64,000 nt of DNA from Gammaproteobacteria bacterium (GCA_035465695.1 DATIVR010000057.1:803-64802), one strand, 5' to 3'. Shown: positions 10,108 to 27,800, counted from the first letter of the stretch. The notes: generated from the sequence alone by a model not told the origin. Numbers and translations are program-made.

Positions 10108-11546
10108 AGTTGCTGCCTGTCATCATCTCCGGAGGTTCCGGCACGCGCCTGTGGCCGGTGTCGCGGGAGGCTCGTCCCAAGCCCTTCATGCAGATGCAGG
10201 ACGGCCTCTCATTGCTGCAGAGCACCCTGGCCCGTTCCGCGGCGCTACCCGCAGTCAATGATCTTCTGGTGGTCACCAATCGCGACCACCATTTCCAGAG
10301 CCGCGAGGAACTGGAGACCATGGACGGCGCTCTGAACGGCGCCCAGGTCTCGTTCCTGCTGGAGCCTGTCGGGCGCAATACCACCGCCGCCGTCGCCATG
10401 GCCGCCTTCCTCGCTGCCGAGCGATATGGTGAGGACACCATCTTGCTGGTCCAACCCGCGGACCACCTGATCTCGGATGGCAACGCTTTCAGCGCGGCGG
10501 TGCAGGCGGCCCTGCCGGCGGCGGCATCCGGCGACTTCGTGACCTTCGGCATCGTCCCCACCGGCCCCGAGACCGGTTACGGCTATATCCAATGTACGGC
10601 GACGCCCAAGGCAGGTGCCGCCAATGCCGTGAAGCGCTTCGTGGAGAAGCCGGATCTGGAGAAGGCCAAGGCCTTCGTGGCCTCGGGCGACTACCTCTGG
10701 AACTCCGGCATGTTCTGCTTCCGCGCCGACGCCATCCTCGGCGCGGTGGAGCGCTTCGCCCCGGAGATCCACGCCAAGACCCGGGAGTCCTGGCAGCTCA
10801 GCGCCGCTGCAGCCAAGGATCCGGCGGCGCTCAACATCGAGAGCGAGGTGTTCCCTCGTGTGCCATCCATCTCCATCGACTATGCAGTGATGGAGAAGGC
10901 TGAGAACGTCAAGGTGGTCCCGGGACGCTTCGGCTGGAGCGACATCGGCTCGTGGCGCTCCATCAGCGAACTCGTGCGGCCTGACGCCCAGGGTAACCGG
11001 GTGATGGGCGAGGCGGTGCTGGTGAATTCGTCGGACAACTACATCCAGGGCGAGGGGCGTGTCATCGCCGCCGTCGGCGTGAAGGACTTGGTCATCGTGG
11101 ATACCCCGGACGCGCTCCTGGTAGGCCATCGGGATCAGACGCAATCCGTGAAGGAAGTGGTGGACCAGCTGCGCAAAGCCGGTCATGAGGCCGCCAAGCT
11201 GCATCGCACCGTATACCGTCCATGGGGCACCTATACCGTGGTGGAAGAAGGGCCTCACTACAAGATGAAACGCATCGTCGTGAAGCCACACGCATCCCTG
11301 TCGCTGCAGATGCACAGGCATCGCAGCGAGCATTGGGTGGTGATCGCAGGTGTCGCCGAGATCGTGAACGGCGAGCAGACCCTGCGTCTGGAGCATGACC
11401 AGTCCACTTACATCCCGGCGGGTAACAAGCATCGCCTGAGTAATCCCGGCGAGGAAGACCTGGTGATCATCGAGGTGCAGACCGGTTCCTACCTCGGTGA
11501 GGACGACATCCAGCGCTTCGACGACATCTATGGGCGCACGCAATGA
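10104..11546 (+). CDS. manC: Mannose-1-phosphate guanylyltransferase / mannose-6-phosphate isomerase (bifunctional)
   Basis: N-terminal [16 protein letters not shown] nucleotidyltransferase motif. C-terminal cupin ([12 protein letters not shown]...[13 protein letters not shown]). ATGA overlap with manB. Confidence 0.93.
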   Translation: MKLLPVIISGGSGTRLWPVSREARPKPFMQMQDGLSLLQSTLARSAALPAVNDLLVVTNRDHHFQSREELETMDGALNGAQVSFLLEPVGRNTTAAVAMAAFLAAERYGEDTILLVQPADHLISDGNAFSAAVQAALPAAASGDFVTFGIVPTGPETGYGYIQCTATPKAGAANAVKRFVEKPDLEKAKAFVASGDYLWNSGMFCFRADAILGAVERFAPEIHAKTRESWQLSAAAAKDPAALNIESEVFPRVPSISIDYAVMEKAENVKVVPGRFGWSDIGSWRSISELVRPDAQGNRVMGEAVLVNSSDNYIQGEGRVIAAVGVKDLVIVDTPDALLVGHRDQTQSVKEVVDQLRKAGHEAAKLHRTVYRPWGTYTVVEEGPHYKMKRIVVKPHASLSLQMHRHRSEHWVVIAGVAEIVNGEQTLRLEHDQSTYIPAGNKHRLSNPGEEDLVIIEVQTGSYLGEDDIQRFDDIYGRTQ

Positions 11547-12883
11547 CCAAGCGTGTCCATATCAAGACCTTCGGCTGCCAGATGAATGAGTACGACTCCG
11601 GCAAGATGCTGGACGTGCTGGCGGCGGCCGATGGGTACACCTTGACCGAGGATCCGGCGGCGGCAGACTTGCTGTTGCTCAACACCTGCTCGGTGCGGGA
11701 GAAGGCCCAGGAGAAGGTATTCACCCAGATCGGCCTGTGGAAGCCGCTGAAGCAGGCCAAGCCCGGAGTGTTGATAGGCGTAGGCGGCTGCGTGGCCAGC
11801 CAGGAAGGCGCGGGATTAGTGAAGCGCGCCCCGGCGGTGGACCTGGTATTCGGTCCCCAGACCCTGCACCGCCTGCCGGAGATGCTGGCGGAGACCCGCC
11901 GCACCGGCCGTCCGGTCGTGGACGTATCGTTCCCCGAGATCGAGAAGTTCGACAGATTGCCGCCGCCGCGCGCGGAGGGGGCCACGGCATTCGTCTCCAT
12001 CATGGAAGGCTGCAGCAAGTACTGCACCTTCTGCGTGGTGCCCTACACCCGTGGAGAAGAGGTGAGCCGGCCCTTCGACGACGTGCTCGCCGAGGTGGCG
12101 GAGCTCGCCGCGCAAGGCGTGACGGAGATCACGCTGCTGGGCCAGAACGTGAACGGTTACCGCGGCCCTATGCATGGCGGCGGTATCGCCGACCTGGCGT
12201 TGCTCATCGAATACATCGCTGCGTTGGACGAGGTGGAACGCATCCGTTTCACCACTTCTCATCCGCTGGAGTTCTCGGATCGGTTGATCGAGACCTTCGC
12301 GGAGCAGCCGAAACTCGCCAATTACCTGCACCTGCCGGTTCAGAGCGGCTCGGACCGCATCCTGGCGGCCATGAAGCGCGGCCACACCGCCATCGAATAC
12401 AAGGCCAAGATCCGCAGACTGCGAGAAGTCCGTCCCGACATCAGCCTGTCGTCGGACTTCATCGTGGGGTTCCCGGGAGAGACGGAGAAGGACTTCCAGG
12501 ACACCCTGAAGCTCATCGACGACGTGCGTTTCGACCAGGCTTTCAGCTTCATCTACAGCCGCCGCCCGGGCACGCCCGCTGCGGGTTACGACGATGATGT
12601 GAGCCATGAAGAGAAAGTGCGTCGCCTGGAGATCCTCCAGGCAAGCATCCATGCCTTCGGCCAGGACTACATGCAGAGGAAGGTCGGCACCCGTCAGCGG
12701 GTATTGGTGGAGAGGGCCTCGGAGAGGAACCCCCGCGAACTGGCCGGCAAGAGCGAATGCAACCGCTGGGTGAACTTTCCGGGTGAGGCGCATCTGATCG
12801 GCCGTTTCGTGGAGGTGGACATCACCCAGGCCATGCAGAACTCCTACCGCGGCCGCGTGGCCACCGGTCTGGCCGCGGGTTGA
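11543..12883 (+). CDS. miaB: tRNA-2-methylthio-N6-dimethylallyladenosine synthase
   Basis: [16 protein letters not shown]-terminus, radical-SAM [17 protein letters not shown] and a C-terminal TRAM region. Confidence 0.95.
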   Translation: MTKRVHIKTFGCQMNEYDSGKMLDVLAAADGYTLTEDPAAADLLLLNTCSVREKAQEKVFTQIGLWKPLKQAKPGVLIGVGGCVASQEGAGLVKRAPAVDLVFGPQTLHRLPEMLAETRRTGRPVVDVSFPEIEKFDRLPPPRAEGATAFVSIMEGCSKYCTFCVVPYTRGEEVSRPFDDVLAEVAELAAQGVTEITLLGQNVNGYRGPMHGGGIADLALLIEYIAALDEVERIRFTTSHPLEFSDRLIETFAEQPKLANYLHLPVQSGSDRILAAMKRGHTAIEYKAKIRRLREVRPDISLSSDFIVGFPGETEKDFQDTLKLIDDVRFDQAFSFIYSRRPGTPAAGYDDDVSHEEKVRRLEILQASIHAFGQDYMQRKVGTRQRVLVERASERNPRELAGKSECNRWVNFPGEAHLIGRFVEVDITQAMQNSYRGRVATGLAAG

Positions 12884-13863
12884 GCGTGAGCACCGAGGAA
12901 CAGCCTGCCAGCCTGGACTTCATACTGGAGCCCGCCGACAACGCGCGGCTTGCCAACCTCTGCGGCCAGTTCGACGAGCATCTGCGCCAATTGGAGCAGC
13001 GACTCGGCATCGAGATCAACAATCGCGGCAGTCAGTTCCGGGTGATAGGGCCGGACGAACCGGCGCGCGCGGCCGTGCGGATATTGAAGGACCTGTATGC
13101 GCTGACGGCGACGGAACGCGTGAGCCGCGAGACGGTGCATGTGAGTCTCTCGCAGTCCGCCATCGCGGATCGGGCGCAACCCACGATCGAACGGGAAGAT
13201 GCAGAGCCGGCGCTGGACACCAAGCAGGGCCGCATCCGTGGCCGCGGTGCCAACCAGCGCCGTTACTTGCACAACATCGCCAGCCACGATCTCAACTTCG
13301 GCATCGGTCCCGCCGGAACCGGCAAGACCTATCTTGCCGTGGCGAGTGCGGTAGCCGCCCTCAACCGCGATGAGGTGCGCAGGCTGGTGTTGGTTCGCCC
13401 TGCCGTCGAGGCGGGGGAAAGATTGGGTTTCCTCCCCGGCGACCTCACCCAGAAAGTCGATCCTTATCTGCGGCCCATCTACGACGCTCTCTATGAGATG
13501 CTGGGGTTCGAACGGGTGACACGCCTCATGGAACGCAGCGTCATTGAAGTGGCGCCGCTGGCTTTCATGCGTGGCCGCACCCTGAATGAGGCCTTCATCA
13601 TCCTCGACGAGGCCCAGAACACCACCATCGAGCAGATGCGCATGTTCCTGACCCGTATCGGCTTCGGCTCCCGCACCGTGGTGACCGGCGACATCACCCA
13701 GGTGGATCTGCCGCGGGTGCAGCGATCGGGACTGCGTGACGCGGTGGAGCTGCTGCGTGACATGCCAGGCGTGAGCTTCACGTTCTTTACGGCCGCCGAT
13801 GTGGTGCGGCATCCGTTGGTGCAACGCATCGTTACCGCCTATGAGCAGCGCGACCGGGACTGA
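12880..13863 (+). CDS. phoH: PhoH-like ATPase (YbeZ)
   Basis: Walker [13 protein letters not shown]. Conserved miaB-phoH-ybeY-corC-lnt synteny. Confidence 0.9.
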   Translation: MSVSTEEQPASLDFILEPADNARLANLCGQFDEHLRQLEQRLGIEINNRGSQFRVIGPDEPARAAVRILKDLYALTATERVSRETVHVSLSQSAIADRAQPTIEREDAEPALDTKQGRIRGRGANQRRYLHNIASHDLNFGIGPAGTGKTYLAVASAVAALNRDEVRRLVLVRPAVEAGERLGFLPGDLTQKVDPYLRPIYDALYEMLGFERVTRLMERSVIEVAPLAFMRGRTLNEAFIILDEAQNTTIEQMRMFLTRIGFGSRTVVTGDITQVDLPRVQRSGLRDAVELLRDMPGVSFTFFTAADVVRHPLVQRIVTAYEQRDRD

Positions 13864-14327
13864 TGACGGCCCCCGGTGTCAGCATCGACTTGGAAGACGT
13901 GAGCCACACGGCGGGCGTGCCCTCGGTGGCTGAGTTCCAGCGCTGGGTGGAGGCCGCCTTGGCTGGCCGCCGCGAGGCTGCGGAGTTGTCCATCCGCGTG
14001 GTGGATGAACGGGAAGGTGCCGAGCTCAACCGGCGTTATCGTGGCAAGGACTATGCCACTAACGTGCTCTCGTTTCCGGCGGAATTGCCGCCAGGCGTGC
14101 CATTGCCGGTGGTCGGCGATCTGGTGATCTGCGCGCCGGTGGTGACCCGTGAGGCCGCCGAACAGGGCAAGGCGCCGGAAGCGCATTGGGCGCACCTCAC
14201 GGTGCACGGCTGCCTGCACCTCATAGGCTATGACCACGAGGATGAGGCACAGGCGGCTGTCATGGAGTCCCTGGAGACGGCCATCCTGGCGGGACTGGGC
14301 TTTCCTGACCCCTATCAGACGGGCTGA
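13863..14327 (+). CDS. ybeY: rRNA maturation endoribonuclease YbeY
   Basis: Metal-binding motif [11 protein letters not shown]. Confidence 0.93.
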   Translation: MTAPGVSIDLEDVSHTAGVPSVAEFQRWVEAALAGRREAAELSIRVVDEREGAELNRRYRGKDYATNVLSFPAELPPGVPLPVVGDLVICAPVVTREAAEQGKAPEAHWAHLTVHGCLHLIGYDHEDEAQAAVMESLETAILAGLGFPDPYQTG

Positions 14328-14389
14328 TCCGGCCCGAAGCCCCTGTCTTTACTGGTAAAATCCGCTTCCGACCCCTTTCTGACGGTCCA

Positions 14390-15259
14390 TTGATGTCCGA
14401 CGAAGATCCCCGGCGCGATGCCGCCCCCGGCCTGCGTGCCTGGTTCCAACGCTTGGGACAAGCCCTGTCCGGCGAACCCCGCGACCGCGAAGAGCTGCTG
14501 GAACTCCTCAACGACGCCCGCGAGCGCAACCTGTTCGACGCCGACGCGCAGACCATGCTGGAAGGCGTGCTGCAGGTGGCGGACATGCAGGTGCGCGACG
14601 TGATGATCCCGCGCGCTCAGATGGTGGCACTCGAGAAGGACATGGACCTGGATGACGCGCTGGCAGTGGTCAGCGAGTCGGGTCACTCCCGATTCCCGGT
14701 GGTCGGAGAGGATCGGGACAGGGTCATCGGCATCGTGCTGGCCAAGGACCTGCTCAACCATTTCGTCGAGGGCACCGAGGGTTTCAACCTCCGCGAGTAT
14801 CTGCGGCCTGCGCCGTTCGTGCCCGAGAGCATGCGGCTCAACGTGCTGCTCAAGAAGTTCCGCGCCAGTCGCAACCATATGGCCATCGTCGCCGATGAAT
14901 ACGGCGGAGTGGCCGGGGTCGTCACCATCGAGGACGTGCTGGAGCAGATCGTAGGCGACATCGACGACGAGTACGATGTTGACGAAGAGGCTCGCATCCT
15001 CAAGCACACCGATACTCGCTTCACGGTCAAGGCGGTGACCCCGGTGGAGGACTTCAACGAGTACTTCGGCACGACGCTCAGCGACGAGGAGTTCGAGACC
15101 GTCGGCGGCCTCGTTACCCACGCCTTCGGCCATCTGCCCAAGCGCGGCGAGAAGATCGAGCTCGCCGGATTCCGTTTCAAGGTGTTGCGCGCCGATAGCC
15201 GGCGCGTGCATCTCCTTGAGGCGTTGCGCAAGCCCGCACCCGCCGAATCCGGCGCATGA
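14390..15259 (+). CDS. corC: CorC/HlyC-family Mg/Co efflux-associated protein (CBS pair + CorC_HlyC domain)
   Basis: CBS-pair region (VRDVMIPRAQM...HSRFPV) and C-terminal transporter-associated domain. Conserved synteny. An ATG at 14393 is an alternative to the TTG at 14390. Confidence 0.88.
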   Translation: MMSDEDPRRDAAPGLRAWFQRLGQALSGEPRDREELLELLNDARERNLFDADAQTMLEGVLQVADMQVRDVMIPRAQMVALEKDMDLDDALAVVSESGHSRFPVVGEDRDRVIGIVLAKDLLNHFVEGTEGFNLREYLRPAPFVPESMRLNVLLKKFRASRNHMAIVADEYGGVAGVVTIEDVLEQIVGDIDDEYDVDEEARILKHTDTRFTVKAVTPVEDFNEYFGTTLSDEEFETVGGLVTHAFGHLPKRGEKIELAGFRFKVLRADSRRVHLLEALRKPAPAESGA

Positions 15260-16793
15260 GCGCCATGCCCGGCAGGTTCCGCCGCATGGTGACGCTGGCG
15301 GCGGGCTGGCGTGACGGTTGGCGGGGCGAGCTGCTTGCCGCGGTGCTGGGCGTGCTGCTGGTGCTGGCCTTCGCACCTTTCGGTGTGTATCCCCTGGCGG
15401 TGCTCTCCCTGGCTGGATTGCTCTGGTCCATCGAAGGACTGACGCCCCGGCGTGCCGCTTGGCGTGGTTTCGCCTTCGGTGCCGCCGAGTTCCTGGTGGG
15501 AGTGTGTTGGATCTACGTGAGCGTGCACGACATGGGCGGCGTATCGCCGGTGATGTCGGTGCTGATGCTCGTGTTCCTGGTGGCGGCGATGGCCGTGTAC
15601 TGTGCTGCCACCTGCGCGATCACCGCGGCCTGGGGTGGCAGCGGCTGGCGGCGTTCGGCCGTGTTCGCTGCCGCCTGGGTCTTGTTGGAGTGGCTGCGCG
15701 GTTGGTTGCTCACGGGTTTCCCCTGGCTGACCCTCGGCTACAGCCAAGTCGATTCAGCTCTCGGTGGTTACGCACCTTACCTCGGCGGTTTCGGCGTGAG
15801 CTTCGCCGCGGCGACGAGCGCGGGGTTGGTGTTGATCGCGTGTGAAGCGGGTGCGCCGCGGCGTGTCCTGGCTCCATTGGTATCGCTGGTGGCGTTCTGG
15901 TGCACCGGCTGGGGACTGGGTGCCGTGACCTGGACCCATGCGGCCGGACCGGCCTTGAGCGTAAGCCTGATCCAGGGCGATGTGCCTCAGGAACAGAAGT
16001 GGGAACCGGAGGCCTTCATCCCGACGCTCGATCTATATCGCAAGCTCACAGATGAGAGCTGGTCCAGCAAAGTCATCATCTGGCCCGAGGCCGCGGTACC
16101 CGCCTACCAGGATGAGGTGCAGATAAGCTACCTGGACCCACTGGAAGCGGACGCCCGCAAGCATGGCACCGATATCATGCTCGGCATCCCCACCTACGAT
16201 CCGGTGCGCGATGACTACTTCAACAGCGTGATCACGCTGGGGCACGACGACGGCACCTACAACAAGCGCCACTTGGTCCCGTTCGGCGAGAACTTCGAGT
16301 TCCTGCCGCAGTGGGTAAAGTCGATGCTCAGGGACATGGACCTGCCATACTCCAGCTTCAGCCGCGGTGCCGAGCGGCAGGAGTTGCTGCAGGTCGCCGG
16401 CTATCCGGTAGGCACATCCATCTGTTACGAAGATGCCTATGGCGCGGATATCCTGCGCGACCTGCCGCGCGCGGCGTTCTTGGTGAACGTCAGCAACGAT
16501 GGGTGGTTTGGTGATTCCATCGCACTGCCTCAGCATCTGGAGATCGCACGCATGCGAGCGCTGGAGGCTGGACGCTGGCTCTTGCGCGACACCAATACCG
16601 GCATCACCGCCATCGTGGATGACAAGGGCCGGGTGCGGGCCCGGGCGCCCACCGACAAGGAATACGCGTTGCGGGGCGAGATTCAACCCTTGGCCGGCGC
16701 TACGCCGGTGACGCGCTGGGGTAACGCACCCATCGTATGCCTGTCGTTACTGTTGTTGTTCGCAGCCGCTTGGTCCCGGCGCAGGATCCGGCC

Positions 16794-16797
<4 letters not shown>
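15256..16797 (+). CDS. lnt: Apolipoprotein N-acyltransferase
   Basis: N-terminal polytopic membrane region plus a C-N hydrolase domain with the catalytic ICYEDAYG context and WPEAA. Confidence 0.92.
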
Positions 16798-21752
<4,955 letters not shown>

Positions 21753-21758
21753 TATCTT

Positions 21759-22076
21759 GTGATGCCGAACCTGGGCCACCACACCTTCCATATCGCTCGA
21801 CTACGCGGTCTGTGGCTGGCGCTGGCATTCGCGTTCCTCACGGTGCAGATGGGCTTGCCGGCCCATGAGGCGAGCCATCCCATCGGCCAGGCCGATACCG
21901 CCTGTCACTTCTGCATGCTCGGTGGTCATGCGCCAGCCATGTCCAACGTGGTGTTGCCACTCAAGCTCGTCCAGTTCACGGCCGAGGCACCCCGCCTCCC
22001 GGTCGCACGCCCCGTCCTTCAAACCTCAGTCCGCACCCGCTACAGCCGTGGACCACCCCTGACTCCCGTCGTCTGA
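21759..22076 (+). CDS. Small His/Cys-motif protein with one hydrophobic segment (CzcI-like / DUF2946-like candidate)
   Basis: Hydrophobic LRGLWLALAFAFLTVQMGL followed by HEASHPIGQADTACHFCMLGGH. Sits immediately upstream of the czcCBA-like genes. Family assignment is from memory only. Confidence 0.5.
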   Translation: MMPNLGHHTFHIARLRGLWLALAFAFLTVQMGLPAHEASHPIGQADTACHFCMLGGHAPAMSNVVLPLKLVQFTAEAPRLPVARPVLQTSVRTRYSRGPPLTPVV

Positions 22077-22137
22077 TTTGCCGCGCTCTCGGCTTCCAGC
22101 CGAGGTGCGCCATTCGGTATCCAACGGGATCAGACCC

Positions 22138-23643
22138 ATGTGTTTTGCATCGTCGAGTGCGCGTCCACGCGTGGCGCGGACGCAGTTGCTGATAGCCGGC
22201 TTGGTGGCGGCGCTGGCAGGTTGCGCGGTCGGACCTGACTTTCAGCCGCCGGCCCCACCGAAGGTGAAGGATTACACGGCTCAGCCGTCCGCGGCCATCG
22301 TGGCTACGCCGGATGTACCGGGCGGGGCTGCGCAGCAATTGGATGCGGCTACGGACATCCCCGGCGATTGGTGGACGTTGTTCCATTGCACGGCGTTGGA
22401 TGCGCTCATCCAACAATCTCTGAAGAACAATCCTGACCTCAAGGCCGCACAGGCAGCCCTGACTGCGGCCCACGAGAGCGTACTGGCGCAACAGGGCTCG
22501 TTCTATCCAAGCGCGACGCTCGGCTTCTCTGCGAGCCGTCAGCGCCAGCCGGCGCTTCTGGCACCAGTGCCGAACTCCAATGAGGACTTGTACAGCTTGT
22601 TCACGCCGCAGTTCACCATCTCCTATTCCCCCGACCTCTTCGGGCTCAACCGCCGCACAGTCGAGTCGTTGCAGGCGCAGGAGCAGGGGGTGCGGTTCCA
22701 GATGATCGCGGCGTGGACGTCGCTCACCACCAACGTGGTGGCGGCGGCGGTACAGGAAGCCGCCTTGAGCGCACAAGTCGATTCCACGCGGCAGCTCGTC
22801 GATGCGAACACGCAGATGCTGCAGGTATTGCGTTACCGGTATGAGAAGGGCTACGCCAGTGAGATCGATGTGGCCACCCAGGAAGCGCAGCTCGCGCAGG
22901 TCAATGCCACCTTGCCGCCTCTCGTGCGGCAACTGGAGCAGCAACGCCATCTGCTGGCAGTTTTGGTAGGAGCGTTCCCATCCGAGGCGTCCGATGGGTC
23001 GATCCAGCTCGCCGACCTGCAATTGCCGGAAGACTTGCCGCTTAGTCTGCCGTCGGCGCTTGTCGAGCAGCGCCCCGATGTACGGCAGGCACGCGCCAAC
23101 CTGCATGTCGCCAGTGCCCAGATAGGTGTGGCCGAGGCCAACCGGTTCCCCAACATCGAATTGACTGGTAACACGGGCAGTACCGCGCTGGCGTTCTCGC
23201 AGATATTCAAGTCCGGCACGGGCTTCTGGGGGCTGGCGGCGACCATCACGCAGCCGCTGTTCGAAGGCGGAACCCTGACGCACGAGGAGCGCGCTGCGCG
23301 AGCGGCCTATACCGAAGCCGCCGAACAATACCGCAGCACGGTGCTGACAGCCTTCCAGAACGTCGCGGATACCTTGACCGCCCTGGATCAGGATGCCAAG
23401 GAGCTCCAGGCCGCCGCTGCGGCGGATCAGGCCGCCAAGCGCAGCTTGGACTTGACGACGCTCCAGGCGAAAGACGGATACACCGACTCCTTACAACTTG
23501 CCACCGCCGAACAAGCGTACCAGCAAGCCCATCTGAGCTTGATACAGGCTGAGGCCGCACGTTTCATCGACACCGCCGCGTTGTACCAAGCACTGGGCGG
23601 CGGTTGGTGGCGGCATAGTGACCTCGCAGGGGAACCAAGATGA
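22138..23643 (+). CDS. czcC: RND efflux outer-membrane lipoprotein (NodT/CzcC family)
   Basis: Lipobox LVAALAGCAVGPDFQPP and two OEP repeats. An ATG at 22138 is preferred over the TTG at 22078. Confidence 0.88.
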   Translation: MCFASSSARPRVARTQLLIAGLVAALAGCAVGPDFQPPAPPKVKDYTAQPSAAIVATPDVPGGAAQQLDAATDIPGDWWTLFHCTALDALIQQSLKNNPDLKAAQAALTAAHESVLAQQGSFYPSATLGFSASRQRQPALLAPVPNSNEDLYSLFTPQFTISYSPDLFGLNRRTVESLQAQEQGVRFQMIAAWTSLTTNVVAAAVQEAALSAQVDSTRQLVDANTQMLQVLRYRYEKGYASEIDVATQEAQLAQVNATLPPLVRQLEQQRHLLAVLVGAFPSEASDGSIQLADLQLPEDLPLSLPSALVEQRPDVRQARANLHVASAQIGVAEANRFPNIELTGNTGSTALAFSQIFKSGTGFWGLAATITQPLFEGGTLTHEERAARAAYTEAAEQYRSTVLTAFQNVADTLTALDQDAKELQAAAAADQAAKRSLDLTTLQAKDGYTDSLQLATAEQAYQQAHLSLIQAEAARFIDTAALYQALGGGWWRHSDLAGEPR

Positions 23644-24821
23644 GAAATCGATCGCACCCCGTACCGTCACGGGCCGAATCCCAATCCCCGGGTGGCCGCG
23701 AGCCGGCCCTCGTATTGGGGGTGGTGCTGGCACTGGCGCTTGCCGCGTGTTCCCCGAAGGGCCCCGAGACGGAAGCCGAGACTCCTCACGATGTGACGTT
23801 GACCGCAGCGCAACAGCAGCGGATTCAGCTCTATACCGTCACTCCATCGCAGTACCGCAGCGGGTTTGACGCTTCAGGAAGCGTGGACTTCGATCATGAC
23901 CGGTCCACCGTCGTGCTGGCCCCGTTCTCCGGTCCGGTGGTGAAGCTTCTGGTGACGCTGGGTGAAAAGGTGAGAAAGGGTCAGGCCCTCGCCACTGTGG
24001 CCTCCGCCGACTTCGCAGCGGCGGCGGGCGCCTATCGCAAGGCCGTGGCCGCCGCCAAAGCGGCCGACCAGCTCGCGGCTACCGACCGGGACCTATTCGC
24101 GCATCATGCACTGTCGCAGCGTGAGAACGACCAAGCCCAGTCTGACGCGGTCGGAGCCGACGCCGACCGGGACACGGCGTTGCAGGCCCTGGCCGGCTTA
24201 GGCGTAGACGCCCGGACCATCGCAGACATCCGTGACGGGAAGTCCGTCGCGTATGACACGGGGGTGATCCGCTCGCCCGTCGCAGGCACCGTGATCGAAA
24301 GGTCGATCACCCCCGGCCAATTGCTGAGCGCCGGCGATACCCAGTGTTTCACGGTGGCGGATCTCTCGCGGGTATGGGTGATGGCTCAGGTCTTCGGTCC
24401 GGACCTGAACTCGGTGCATGTCGGCGATTCCGCGGAAGTGGATGTCGGCTCCGGGGGCAAGACACTTCCCGGCACGGTCACCAGCGTCTCGCCGGAAGTC
24501 GATCCGGCCACGCAGTCGGTGTTGGCGCGCGTGGTGGTCGAGAATCCCGGCGATCTCCTCAGGCGGCAGATGTACGTGGGCGTGCATATACGTTCGGCTG
24601 ATTCGAAGACCGCGCTGCTGGTGCCCGTCTCCGCCATCCTGCGCGACGACGAGAACCTGCCGTTCGTCTATGTGCTGGCCCAGGACGGCGGCTATGCGCG
24701 CCGGTCGGTGGATCTCGGCTACCGGGACGGCGACCGCCAAGTCATCGAAAGCGGCGTCAGCGCCGGCGACAAGGTCGTCGTCGATGGCGGTATCTTCCTG
24801 CGCTTCATAGAAACCCAATGA
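23640..24821 (+). CDS. czcB: RND efflux periplasmic adaptor (CzcB/CusB-type MFP)
   Basis: Lipobox-like LALAACSPK, HlyD-type hairpin and beta-barrel regions. ATGA overlaps with both neighbours. Confidence 0.88.
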   Translation: MRNRSHPVPSRAESQSPGGREPALVLGVVLALALAACSPKGPETEAETPHDVTLTAAQQQRIQLYTVTPSQYRSGFDASGSVDFDHDRSTVVLAPFSGPVVKLLVTLGEKVRKGQALATVASADFAAAAGAYRKAVAAAKAADQLAATDRDLFAHHALSQRENDQAQSDAVGADADRDTALQALAGLGVDARTIADIRDGKSVAYDTGVIRSPVAGTVIERSITPGQLLSAGDTQCFTVADLSRVWVMAQVFGPDLNSVHVGDSAEVDVGSGGKTLPGTVTSVSPEVDPATQSVLARVVVENPGDLLRRQMYVGVHIRSADSKTALLVPVSAILRDDENLPFVYVLAQDGGYARRSVDLGYRDGDRQVIESGVSAGDKVVVDGGIFLRFIETQ

Positions 24822-27800
24822 ACGAATCAATCAAGCCAGAGGGCGTGCCGGCGGGATCGGCCTCGATCATCAATCGGATCGTTGCGTTCGCCCTGGAACA
24901 GCGGGCGCTGGTGCTGCTGCTTTCATTGCTGCTGGCAGGCGTCGGCATCTGGGCCTTGCGGCATCTGCCGATGGATGCCTATCCGGATCTTTCGCCACCG
25001 ATGGTGGAGGTCATCACCCAATGGCCAGGGCATTCCGCCGAGGAGGTGGAGCGGCTGATCACGGTGCCGATCGAACTCGGCATGAACGGCATACCGAAGC
25101 TCGTCACGAAGCGATCCATCTCATTGTATGGCCTGTCCGATGTGACACTGACCTATGGCGACGGTACTGACAACTACTTCGCGCGCCAGCGCGTGTTCAA
25201 CCGTCTGAGCTCGATCACCTTGCCGGACGGAGTAGCTCCGTCCGTCTCACCGTTATCCTCGCCCTCGGGCCTCATCTACCGTTACGTGTTGCAGAGCACC
25301 GACCGTTCGCCGATGGAGCTCAAGACCTGGGAAGACTGGGTGATCTCGCCCCAATATCGTTCCATCCCAGGCGTCGCCGACGACTCGGCTTTTGGCGGCG
25401 GGGATATGCAATACCAGCTGCTGCTGGACCCCGTGAAGATAGCCGCGCTCGGCATCTCCGTGCCGCAGGTGGAGGCGGCGTTGGCCGCCAATAACGGCAA
25501 TGCGGGTGGCGGGTTCTACTCCCAAGGTGGGCAATTCTTCTATGTACGTGGCCTGGGAAGGCTCACGACCATGGACGACATCGGAAACGTAGTGCTAGCG
25601 GTGCACGACGGCACCCCGGTCCTGGTCAAGGACGTCGGTCAGGTGAAGATAGGCATCGCACCGCGGCTGGGCGAATTCGGATATATGGACCAGAACGACG
25701 CCGTCGAAGGCGTGGTCCTGATGCAGACGGGGGAAAAGACCCAGGACGTGCTGAGACGGATCGAGGCAAAGACCGCCGAACTGAACGGAGGCCTTCTTCC
25801 CAAGGATATCCGCATCCACCCGTTCTACGACCTGAGTGACCTCATCGCCCGGACCACCCAAGTGGTGGAGCACAACCTGCTGATGGGGATGCTGCTGGTC
25901 ATCGCGGTGTTAATCTTCTTCTTGTATGACATCCGCGCGGGCTTGATCGTCGCCATCACCATCCCGCTGGCGTTGCTGTTCGCATTCTATTGCCTGGACC
26001 TGAAGGACGCCTCGGCGAACCTGCTGTCCATAGGCGCGGTGGACTTCGGCATCCTGGTGGATGGCGCGATCTTCATGGTGGAGAACATCTTCCGGGAGGT
26101 GGCCGCGCGGCACGGCGAGGACTTCGATATCAAGGCGGTCATCAGGGATGCGGCGTCGGAAGTGGATCGTCCGCTGGTCTACGCGGTGGCGGTGATCGTC
26201 GCAAGCTTCTTGCCGATCTATGTCCTGACCGGACCATCCGGTACCTTGTTCCGGCCGATGGCCGATACCATGATCTTCGCGTTGATAGGCTCCTTGGTCG
26301 TCGCGCTGACGCTGTTACCGGTGTTGTGCGCGCTTCTCATGCGCAAGGGAGTGCGGGAGCGTCGCAATGCCGTGTACGAAAAGATCAAGGCCGCTTATGG
26401 CCGCTGGCTCGATCGGTCGTTGGATCATGCCTGGCAGACCACGCTGATCTCAGCGGGATTGCTGGTCCTGTCGCTGCTGCTGATCCCGCGCATCGGCGCC
26501 GAGTTCATGCCACACCTGGACGAGGGCACGTTGTGGGTACGCGCCACCATGCCCTATACCGTGTCGTTCGATGAGGCGGCCAAGATCACGCCCGAGATCC
26601 GCAATATCCTGCGCTCGTTCCCGGTGGTCACCACCGTGACTTCGGAGCTAGGCCGGCCGGATGACGGCACTGATTCCACGGGCTTCTTCAACGTGGAGTT
26701 CTTCGTCGGGCTGAAACCTTATTCCGAGTGGGATGGCAGCTACCGCGACAAACAGGCGCTCATCGATGCCATCGACCGCAAGCTGCAAGTCCTGCCCGGC
26801 ATCGACTTCAATTACACCCAGCCTGCCGAAGACGCGGTGGATGAGGCGGAGACGGGCCTCAAGAGTTCCCTGGCGGTCAAGATATACGGCCCGGACCTCG
26901 CTACCTTGCAACGGAAGGGCAAGCAGATCGAGCAGATAATGCGGCATGTGTCCGGCATCACCGACGTGACACTGGTGCACGAGTTGGGGCAGCCCAATCT
27001 GGCGATAACCATCAAGCGCGCTGTCATCGCGCGTTATGGACTGAACGTGTCCGACGTCAATGGCATAATCGGGGCGGCGGTCGGCGGTGATGTGGCCACG
27101 CAAGTGGTACAGGGCGAGAAGCAGTTCGACCTGGTCGTGCGGCTGCAGCCGAGATTCCGCGATAATCCGCAGGTCATCGGTGATATCCCGGTGGCGACAC
27201 CCACAGGACAGGAGATTCCTCTCAAGGTCCTGGCTGACATCCAGGAGGCGAATGGCGCCTCGTTCATCTATCGCGAGGACAATTCACGCTACATTGGCGT
27301 GCAGTTCTCGGTGGCGGGGCGCGATCTCGCCGGTACGGTCGACGATGCGATCGGGCAGGTGGCGAAGCAGGTCAGTCTGCCCCACGGATATCGCCTGGAC
27401 TGGGGTGGTGAATACAAGGAATACACCGCTTCCCGGGCGCAGATGGACCTGGTATTGCCGTTCACCATACTGCTGATATTCGGCCTCCTGTTCGTGCTCT
27501 ACGGCAACTTCAAGTTCCCGTTCATCACCGTGCTGGGGGTGCTGTTTTCCGCGCCGGTCGGCGGAATCGTCGCCCTGTGGGCGACAGGCATCCCATTCTC
27601 GGTGTCATCCGGCATCGGTTTCATCGTGCTGTTCGGCGTCTCGGTCCTGACCGGCGTCGTGTACATCTCCTGCGTGAACGAGCTCAGGCGCGATGGCCGG
27701 CCGCTCGACGCAGCCATCCGCGAGGCCGCGATCCTGCGGCTGCGACCGATCATGATGACCGCCCTGGTGGCGGCACTTGGACTGCTGCCTGCAGCAATGG

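Noticed and set aside
11737-12597. 286-aa same-strand alternative-frame ORF inside miaB. Similar cases lie inside the holA (28191-28910) and hldE (58347-59012) regions.
   Set aside because: They are out of frame with strongly conserved genes. The Arg/Gly/Pro-rich translations show no evidence of overlapping-gene conservation from the sequence alone.
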